Virus record (IMG/VR): IMGVR_UViG_3300025732_000024
Span: 1 to 64,000 of that record
Reading direction: 5' to 3' (one strand)
DNA from: a virus
Length of the DNA stretch: 64,000 nucleotides
A program made the position numbers and the translations under genes. Below the pieces are notes generated by a model. It saw nothing but the letters and a program-made list of their open reading frames with translations, was not told the DNA's origin and did no database searches. Below are positions 10,018 to 17,500 of this stretch, piece by piece. Position 1 is the first letter of the stretch. Each line of letters begins with the position of its first letter.

Positions 10018-11223
10018 TTGATAAAAAATTTGCAAAAAAGACAACAAACTTTAATCAATTTAATCACCCGTGTAGGTGGTCGCCAAAACATCCAGAAATG
10101 GATGGATGAGATTTTAAAGATTGATATTAAACTGGAGACAAAGGCAATGTTCAAGATTAATGTTAGCGAGTTACATATTGAGATACAGAAAAAGTTAGCT
10201 GAAGAATTAAACGGAACTTTAGATAATTCTGGGCTAGTAGATGTTATTGTGACATCTGTTAATCCAGAAAACCTGGACTGGTATAAACTGGAAATCGCCA
10301 TTTACGGAGAAATTGATGACGATTCTGACAGATTGTATGAATGTGTTTCTTGGGTTTTGCCCCAAGAAACAACCGCAAAAGTTGATACTTTGCTACAAGA
10401 AATTCAGGCGGCGTTAAGTTCCTTGAATGATTGGTATAAGTATCAACAACATGGCGCGCCATGCGCCATGTTCAATTGCTCTTTTGAAAGAGCAGTTGAG
10501 CCATACTGTCACGGATTAAACAGAGAGTATTGGGGCGAAGCTTTTGCATCAACAGGCAAAAGCAAAAACAAGGTCGCATACGACCAGGGTCTCGGTTTTG
10601 CTGGTAACACAACTGTGGATACCATCTGTTACACTGTATGGGAATATGCCCACGCAGACGGAACTGCTATTTGGGTTACAGAGAAAAAAGAGAATATTCG
10701 TATTGCCACTGAGCAAGAAATTCTTGCCAAGGTGCAAAACAATGTGTACGAATACTGCCAGCGCGAGAAAATCACGTTTGCAGACTTGGTAGCTTCTATC
10801 GAAAAAGTCCGTGTTCGCTGGGAACAGGACGAGTTAGCGAAAATTGCGGCAGAAGAAGCCGCTAAATTGGAAATACCCGAACCAGAGTGGATTCGGAAAG
10901 AAATATACGAAAAAAACCTAAATCGCTTCTGGATCGGTGATGACTACGTATTTAGCTATTGCTGGGATACCACACTAGGGATAGTGTGGGAGGACTGTGA
11001 CGACCGCACCAAGGGCATGGCTGGTCGAGTGAAGACCAGCAGCAACCTCGGCTCTGACAGAGGAGTCGTCATGGCTCGAATAAATTCTCTCATTGAAGAG
11101 AGAAGTCGGAAATCTGCCCAAGAGAGGGCAAAAGAGGAAGGCTATGAAGCCTATAAAAAGGTTCAACAGTCCAACAAGCGGCCTATCAAATCTTTTGAGA
11201 AATGGCTACAAACCGTAGCCTAG
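10018..11223 (+). CDS. Hypothetical protein (first gene of ribozyme operon 1)
   Basis: 401-aa ORF; its stop codon abuts hammerhead 1. Alternative start at ATG 10147. Confidence 0.7.
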   Translation: MIKNLQKRQQTLINLITRVGGRQNIQKWMDEILKIDIKLETKAMFKINVSELHIEIQKKLAEELNGTLDNSGLVDVIVTSVNPENLDWYKLEIAIYGEIDDDSDRLYECVSWVLPQETTAKVDTLLQEIQAALSSLNDWYKYQQHGAPCAMFNCSFERAVEPYCHGLNREYWGEAFASTGKSKNKVAYDQGLGFAGNTTVDTICYTVWEYAHADGTAIWVTEKKENIRIATEQEILAKVQNNVYEYCQREKITFADLVASIEKVRVRWEQDELAKIAAEEAAKLEIPEPEWIRKEIYEKNLNRFWIGDDYVFSYCWDTTLGIVWEDCDDRTKGMAGRVKTSSNLGSDRGVVMARINSLIEERSRKSAQERAKEEGYEAYKKVQQSNKRPIKSFEKWLQTVA

Positions 11224-11285
11224 CCCACCTGATGAGTCCGGCTGGCGACCGGACGAAACACTCCATTGAGTGTCGTGGGAAGCCG
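11224..11285 (+). ncRNA. Hammerhead ribozyme type I (HH1), predicted cleavage after C11274 (GUC)
   Basis: Stem I CCCAC/GTGGG; core CTGATGA; stem II GTCCGG/CCGGAC; GAAA; stem III CACTC/GAGTG; GTC triplet. Loop II TGGC can pair with downstream GCCG. Confidence 0.95.
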
Positions 11286-11305
11286 TTACACCCCACTGGA
11301 AATCT

Positions 11306-11668
11306 ATGACTATTTACTCTTTTTTATCCCAGGAATTAAATACACAACTCGGTATCGTTGCCGATGTTACGTACTCGAAAGAGTACGGGAATACATTCGA
11401 GTTCAGCCTCGAATTCGAGGAACAACTCTTGGTGGAGGAATTCCACCACAGTTACGGGGATAAAGACCTCGTAGAAAGCCAACTCATCACCCTTACTCAG
11501 GGTGATCACGTAATAGCCGCTCACATGAGTGGCGTAACTCTAATCTTGCTGTCAAAAATGGGAGTTAAAGTTTCCCTTTTAGAGACTGAAGTGAGGAAGT
11601 TACCTCCGGAAAAACAAACGGAAAATAAAAAAGCGGAGTTGATATATTCTTTAGTCTCATTGGACTAA
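11306..11668 (+). CDS. Ribozyme-led acidic protein, paralog A
   Basis: Start at ATG 11306 after HH1; near-identical N-terminus to 11764..12009. Confidence 0.75.
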   Translation: MTIYSFLSQELNTQLGIVADVTYSKEYGNTFEFSLEFEEQLLVEEFHHSYGDKDLVESQLITLTQGDHVIAAHMSGVTLILLSKMGVKVSLLETEVRKLPPEKQTENKKAELIYSLVSLD

Positions 11669-11680
11669 AGGCAAACGTAG

Positions 11681-11742
11681 CCCACCTGATGAGTCCGGCT
11701 GGCTACCGGACGAAACACTCCCTTGAATGTCGTGGGAAGCCG
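11681..11742 (+). ncRNA. Hammerhead ribozyme type I (HH2), predicted cleavage after C11731
   Basis: Same architecture as HH1; stem III CACTC/GAATG has one mismatch; loop II TGGCT pairs with AGCCG. Confidence 0.9.
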
Positions 11743-11763
11743 TTACATACCCACTGGAAATCT

Positions 11764-12009
11764 ATGACTATTTATTCTTTTTTATCCCAAGAATTAAATA
11801 CACAACTCGGTATCGTTGCCGATGTTATCATCGCCGACGATGAATGCCACGAGATCACCCTTACTCAGGGTGATCACGTGATAGCCGCAACGATAGACCC
11901 TTTAACTTTAATAGGATTATTTCAAATGGGAGTCAAAGTCTCTCTTTTAGAGACTGAACTCACGGAAAATCAGAAGGCAGGATTGATGTATTCTTTAGTC
12001 TTAGACTAA
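11764..12009 (+). CDS. Ribozyme-led acidic protein, paralog B
   Basis: Start at ATG 11764; MTIYSFLSQELNTQLGIVADV identical to paralog A, with an internal deletion. Confidence 0.75.
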   Translation: MTIYSFLSQELNTQLGIVADVIIADDECHEITLTQGDHVIAATIDPLTLIGLFQMGVKVSLLETELTENQKAGLMYSLVLD

Positions 12010-12026
12010 AGGCAAACTTGTTGTAG

Positions 12027-12088
12027 CCCACCTGACGAGTCCGGTTGGCAACCGGATGAAACTACCACCTGGTAGTAGTGGGAAGCCG
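12027..12088 (+). ncRNA. Hammerhead ribozyme type I (HH3), predicted cleavage after A12077 (GUA)
   Basis: CCCAC/GTGGG; core CTGACGA; GTCCGG/CCGGAT; GAAA; covaried stem III CTACC/GGTAG. Confidence 0.9.
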
Positions 12089-12108
12089 TTACACCCCACT
12101 AGAAAAGC

Positions 12109-12405
12109 ATGAACAAAGCACTGGAGCGTCCGCTTAAATGGCATCAAGAAAAATTCTATGCCACAAAGGAACAACAAGTAAGATGCTACTTGTTGTTCCA
12201 AATGACAGAAGACGGGGAGGAGCATAACTGCTTCTTCCCATACACAAAGAGTGGTTATCAAGCCGCTTTAGCCTTAGCCAAGAAGCTAGGGCAAAGCCCA
12301 GATCGAATTCAAGCCACAAGTGAAAAATTAAAATGGATTCTTCCCTACGGAGTGCGCTCCGTGGAGGAGTATGAGAAGTGGTGTAAAGAGTGGGGTATCG
12401 CTTGA
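12109..12405 (+). CDS. Hypothetical protein downstream of HH3
   Basis: ATG at the same distance from the ribozyme as in paralogs A and B. Confidence 0.7.
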   Translation: MNKALERPLKWHQEKFYATKEQQVRCYLLFQMTEDGEEHNCFFPYTKSGYQAALALAKKLGQSPDRIQATSEKLKWILPYGVRSVEEYEKWCKEWGIA

Positions 12406-12632
12406 TGTCCTACCGCTTAGTAAAATACGCCTACGCGGTAGGCGATAGTCTCATAGGTTACTCTGACAAAAACACAGTCAAAGTAGCTGGGGAAATAAAT
12501 CCCCAAGGGGCAGACTGGTACACCGTCACAACGCCAGTTACCTGGTGTTGTGACGGTGACCTGTTTAAGGGTGATGATGGGGAAATCATCGCTCGCTGGG
12601 AATTGGAAAAAAGAATGGGATGGAATAAGTAA
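12405..12632 (+). CDS. Hypothetical protein
   Basis: TGATG stop/start overlap with the previous gene. Confidence 0.6.
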   Translation: MSYRLVKYAYAVGDSLIGYSDKNTVKVAGEINPQGADWYTVTTPVTWCCDGDLFKGDDGEIIARWELEKRMGWNK

Positions 12633-12806
12633 ATCAAAAGCGATCGCCCCTCCGACCAAGAAGTAAGCGATCGCCTATCACACCAATCATGATGAGATTA
12701 GTGAATTATATCCTAGTTGCCGTCATTTTGATCATATCTGCTAGGGATGATCAGACAGGCGATTGCCTCAAACGCGGCGACTGCAAAGCAAATATCCAGA
12801 ACGCAC

Positions 12807-13175
12807 ATGAAAGGAATATTGTGGGGCGTGCTACAAACGCCCCTGTCCACACCCCGACGTTACCCATTGGGAACGCCACACCACGTCACACTCCAGTTCG
12901 GAGTTGACCGCGACGACTGGAAACACCTGGAGGGTGTTGTTTTCCAAGCTACAACTAAATTTGAAGCCTGGAATGACAAAATTCAGGCTGTAGCTCTAAC
13001 GCTACCAGGTGACATCCCCTGTCAGAACGGAACACCTCACATCAGCGTAAGCTGGTGCGAGGGCATCAAGCCCTATGAGTCAAACCTGATGCTTGCGTCA
13101 GATTTTCACTCAAAGTCCCTGTCCCAAACACTAGAATTCAAAATCGAATTTCTAGCCTGGGAACAACCAGAGTAA
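12807..13175 (+). CDS. 2H phosphodiesterase (cyclic phosphodiesterase / Acb1-like fold)
   Basis: Two Hx(T/S) motifs, PHHVTL and PHISVS, plus KPYESN.ML as in Trl1-CPD-type 2H enzymes. Confidence 0.8.
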   Translation: MKGILWGVLQTPLSTPRRYPLGTPHHVTLQFGVDRDDWKHLEGVVFQATTKFEAWNDKIQAVALTLPGDIPCQNGTPHISVSWCEGIKPYESNLMLASDFHSKSLSQTLEFKIEFLAWEQPE

Positions 13176-13217
13176 CACAGGCATCCTGCCTGTCTCATCC
13201 ACACAAAAGGAATCACA

Positions 13218-13619
13218 ATGAACATCTACTTCTTCTCCCGACACGAACCCCACCCCGAAATGATTGCAGACTTAGGTGCAATCACCCAGCAATTTACAGG
13301 AACAATTTCCAGTATTGTCCGCGATCGCAATACTATAAAATTCCTAGAGACCCCACTAGGTCAAACCGATGCAGTCAGTCACAGCATACCCTCTAACTGC
13401 ATCGTAGTGGCAGTTGCCCCGCTCCCACTACAAGAAGCATGGTTAAAGGCTGGTGCTACATTCCTCGTCCCTCAAAACAAGCGAGAAAAAGACCCTGATG
13501 GGCAATTTGTTTTTAGGTATTCAGGACTACTCAGAGTCCTAAAAATCGAAGTCATAACGGAACAATGGGCAGGTGCATCGCCCAGCTTGGAAGACAAGCA
13601 CCGAGAAAGAAGCGCGTAA
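13218..13619 (+). CDS. SRH-motif small Rossmann-fold protein (Csx16/Csx20-like candidate)
   Basis: N-terminal YFFSRH, central VVAVAPLPL...AGA; AAGGA Shine-Dalgarno. Confidence 0.5.
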   Translation: MNIYFFSRHEPHPEMIADLGAITQQFTGTISSIVRDRNTIKFLETPLGQTDAVSHSIPSNCIVVAVAPLPLQEAWLKAGATFLVPQNKREKDPDGQFVFRYSGLLRVLKIEVITEQWAGASPSLEDKHRERSA

Positions 13620-13625
13620 TTCACA

Positions 13626-13660
13626 ACCCGGATTCTTCAAAGAGTCCGGGTTTTTATTTT
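13626..13660 (+). terminator. Rho-independent terminator of operon 1
   Basis: AACCCGGATTCT-tcaa-AGAGTCCGGGTT followed by a T tract. Confidence 0.85.
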
Positions 13661-13670
13661 GAGGAAAAAC

Positions 13671-13892
13671 ATGGTAAATATCAAGAAGAATCGCACAGTG
13701 AAAATCAAGGGAAGATGTAGTTCTGAGCTAAAGGCATCTCTGTCACGCAAGTTAATTGCTTGTGGCTATATTTATCGCAAAGATACAGAAGTTCTGTGCA
13801 ACTTTGCGGAATTTCTAGAGGATTTGGATAGCAAAGATTTAGAATGGTTTGAGGAAAATTTCACAAATCAGGATGGGTCTAGTATTTCGTAA
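13671..13892 (+). CDS. RHH-like small regulator (paralog of 9722..9958)
   Basis: GAGG Shine-Dalgarno before ATG 13671; clear similarity to the paralog. Confidence 0.7.
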   Translation: MVNIKKNRTVKIKGRCSSELKASLSRKLIACGYIYRKDTEVLCNFAEFLEDLDSKDLEWFEENFTNQDGSSIS

Positions 13893-14410
13893 CCTTCCCT
13901 TTGCAGCTTGTCCGCAGCCGCATTAATATCAGCGAAATATTTAATCCCTCTCATATCATTAATGGCATCAGTGGAACGTCTCAACATTTGACTCCACTGA
14001 TTCATTTCCGCCGCATTATGATTTGACAACGCTTTCTTCTTATCATCCCCAGTTAATCTCAAATCTTCCACTAATTGTCTCGCCTTAGCTTCAATAATTT
14101 TTGCAGCATAATCCCTCGCCAGCTTATGCACAGTATAGCCTTCAGTTACAATTTCTGATAATTCATCAGAGATTTTATCAGAGGTTTTTTCAATGGTTTT
14201 TTCCTGAATTGTTGTCCGTAAAACCTCGCGGTATTCATAGCGTTGAGCTAACCACAATTCAGCTTTTACCCATCGTTCAATACTTCCTTTACCTTGTCCA
14301 GAAACTTTAGACAATCCCCTAATGCCAATGTCGTCCTCACACTCAACATAGCGACGACGGCACTGTTCTTTAGTCCAAGGTTTTGGTAACTCGTCCCACT
14401 TCAAAGTCAT
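13868..14410 (-). CDS. Probable terminase small subunit
   Basis: N-terminal HTH (RRYV...IRGLS..SG....IERW...E.W...R), helical middle; typical size. Confidence 0.55.
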   Translation of the reverse strand: MTLKWDELPKPWTKEQCRRRYVECEDDIGIRGLSKVSGQGKGSIERWVKAELWLAQRYEYREVLRTTIQEKTIEKTSDKISDELSEIVTEGYTVHKLARDYAAKIIEAKARQLVEDLRLTGDDKKKALSNHNAAEMNQWSQMLRRSTDAINDMRGIKYFADINAAADKLQREGYEILDPS

Positions 14411-14585
14411 TCCTCCATTTTTAATTATTAATAATTATATTATTAACACTTTGTGCTATACTTTATATATTATCTAATTAGATTGCACCTAGCAATCATT
14501 ATACTGAATTTTTAATAACTCCTCTTACTCTCCTTTCTTGGTTTTGTCTCCTACCCGTCCCCTTGGACGGGTTTTGTCGTTTTAG

Positions 14586-17500
14586 CTATCTACCGTAGGG
14601 ATTACCGCGATTAATTGAGCCACCAACTCGCATTTCCCGACGGATACCATCAGATACCATTGCCTGTACAGCCTGGGATAATCTGCGAGTATCAACCTCT
14701 GAATCACTGCCTACCGCCACACTTACAGGTACGTTAATAGTCGTTGTGTTCCCCATTCTAGAGGCAATAGCACCATTACCACCAGCACCAACAACGCCAC
14801 CGTTAGCAAATCCGGCAACGCCACCTTGCAACTTGTTCCAAATAGCAGTTTCTTTGTGATTCAACACACGCTCACCCTCAGATGCAATAATGACATGAGG
14901 TACTCGTCCGGTGAGCGATCGCTCTTTATTCAACGCCCCGACTATACCGCCGTTGGCAAAAGTTGGCAGTTCTCCCACCATGCCACCAGCGAAAGCCATA
15001 TTAAAAGAAGTATTGGGAAGCACATCGCCAACGAAAGAGCCGCCCGAAGCCAACCCCGCTCCCTTGCCACCAAACAGTCCTGCGACCCATCCAAACAAAG
15101 AGTCAGTCATTCGCTTAGATGCAATATCAGCCAAAGAATCAATGAGGTTTTTAGTGATGGAATTAAATAAATCGGCTAAAGATTCACCAAAGCTTTTTGT
15201 GCTTAATAAAAACTCTTTAAATCCATTCCTGAAGCCACTCGTGGTATTCTTGATGACAGAAGCTAACTCAGAAAATTGCAATTTAATTGCATCTAGTTTG
15301 TACTCATTTGTTAACCGCAGATTTTCACGCAGTTCATTAATCTGTTCATTGGTTAACTTGTTTGCTCCTGTGGCTTTTTCATTCTTTCTAATAAAATCAT
15401 CCAACTGAATACTAGCTTTAGCAAAATCAAATTGTTGATTAGTAATTGCCACTTGCTTATCTATCTTTTCTGCACGGAAATCAAGCCCATAAGCTTTGAG
15501 TACAGAACTTCTAGCCTCAAGCACGCCCTTAAAGGAATCCTGGATAAATTGCGACCTTTCTAATAGTTTATTTGCGTTGTTAGTTCTCTCGGTAATTTTT
15601 TCAGCTTCAAGTTTAAGCTGAATGTTTTCTTTAGTAATAGCGTTTTCTTGTTGAGCAAGGTTTCTTTGTTTTTTAGCATCTTCAGGTGAAATTTCTTTAG
15701 TCTTTTCCTGTCTTGAGATATTGTTTAATTTTTCTCTCAAATCAAGGTCAGCATTTAATAAAGCTATATTTGCCTCTAATTCCGCAGTTCTAGCAGACTT
15801 AGTATCAAGAGGGTCTAACTGCTGTAGTAGTTTACGTTGCTCAATTTGTTTTTGAAGTAAAGCGACTCCAGATTTTTCATTTTGTATTGCAATACCTGAT
15901 AATCTAAGCTGCTCATCAAAGCCAAACTTTCCTTTAAAAGCATCAAGTATCTTGGGAATACTTGCATCATAATCAGATAGCATTTTTTTGGCTTGCTGAT
16001 TTTGAAGTACAGCAATTTCAAATACCTTGTCATTTGCCTTAATTGCTTTAAGTGCTAATTCTGCTGTGGGGAATTTTTGTAAAGCAGACTCAAACGCCGC
16101 TTTTAACAGTGGCTTATTGTCTACAGTTCCCTGGGTATCACGGATAGTTTTTTCTAAAGATTCTCTCTTTTTCTCCAGGGATCTAACAAGTTCACCATAA
16201 GCAATATTAAACCTTTCTAAGCTACTTAACCCACTAGGAGATAATCCCTCTGCTATTGTTTTAACAAAATCCAAGTTTAAATCCTTCATGCCACTAAGGA
16301 CAGAAAACCCAGCCTCTTCAGTTTGTCTAAGAAGGCGATAAATACCTAGCAATTGCTGTAGTCCATCTGTCAGTCTTTGCGCTTCGTTGTTCATCTCATT
16401 GGTGCTGTTCCTAGTAGCTGCCGCACCAAGATTAAGATTAGCCGCATCTGTAACTAGTCCTTGTAACTTATCAGGGTTAACCGCTCCGCCTGCCATTACA
16501 ATTTGGTTTAATTTTCCAAGGTTTTGTTGATAAAATTTCAAGAAATTGTCGTGCTTACCTTGAGGCGTACCTTGCCCAGAATACGCACTACGTTTATTAC
16601 CTAATCCAATACTTGCGTAGTGAGGGGCTAACTTATTGAGAACAGAGCTATCAATTTTACCCGCTACAACATCATCTAAAACGCCCCGTTGTAGCAAAGA
16701 ACCGATGAAGTATAAATCCTGTAATCCTGGACTAAATCCGGGCTGGTCTTTGCCTTGAAAATCAATCAGTTTAAACATATCAGGCATCGCATCCTTGCCA
16801 AACTGTTTCTTAGCAGCTTGGATAGATGCGTTAAAGTTCATCATCTGGTAACGTCCAGACGCGGTACTAGAATTATTAATGCCAGGAATCCAAGTTGGTT
16901 TTCTACCAGTTCCTACAAACGGATGTGTCGAGAAATCTTTAACATTTGCGCCACCAATCAGCATCCCGTAGCCGAAATTCTCAGAGTTCTTCCTAAAGTC
17001 TGTTCCTTCTGCCCGTGCCACAGCATTAGCTAAGGCTAAAACATTGGGATTCCTACGTAACTCATACAACTTTTTACCTAGTGGAGTCAGTTTTGCGTAT
17101 TCCTCCGCACTAAGGTCGTTACCACCCTGAGTGATTCTAGATGTACCGGGAATAGATTTATTAGATGACTGTGCAACTTTTCCAGTAATTACTTTAGCAA
17201 CTTCTACAGCCCCGACCGCCTGGTCAAAAACGATGTTTTTTATGCCACTGGTTTTGAGTGCTTGCTTGAATTTATTAAACTCAGCTTCGTTAGCAAAAAC
17301 AATGCAACCACTAGATCCAGGGTCAATCAGCCTATCCTTATCAATGTGGAAACCTATAGCTGTTCGTTCTGTTTCAAAGTTAGGTTCAATCCGTATTAAT
17401 TCATTGCCCATTTTCTTTTTGTTGCCAGCCGGGACTGTTTTGCCAAGCGTGTAACTACCAAACTCAAATGGACGTTTAGACCCTGCTTTCGTTTCGCCCG

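Noticed and set aside
11689-11763. ORF-track N-terminal extensions starting inside ribozymes (11270, 11689, 55056, 55685)
   Set aside because: The start codons fall within the CTGATGA core, stems or loops. Downstream ATGs align across paralogs and sit after the shared leader; those at 55101 and 55760 have a clear Shine-Dalgarno.
11224-12088. CRISPR array interpretation of the roughly 60-80 nt repeats
   Set aside because: The spacers are 300-400 nt ORFs, and the repeats fit the hammerhead consensus rather than CRISPR repeat size or structure.
12689-12907. 72-aa ORF with a signal-peptide-like N-terminus
   Set aside because: It overlaps the better-supported 2H phosphodiesterase by about 100 nt. 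It may be real but cannot be supported from sequence alone.
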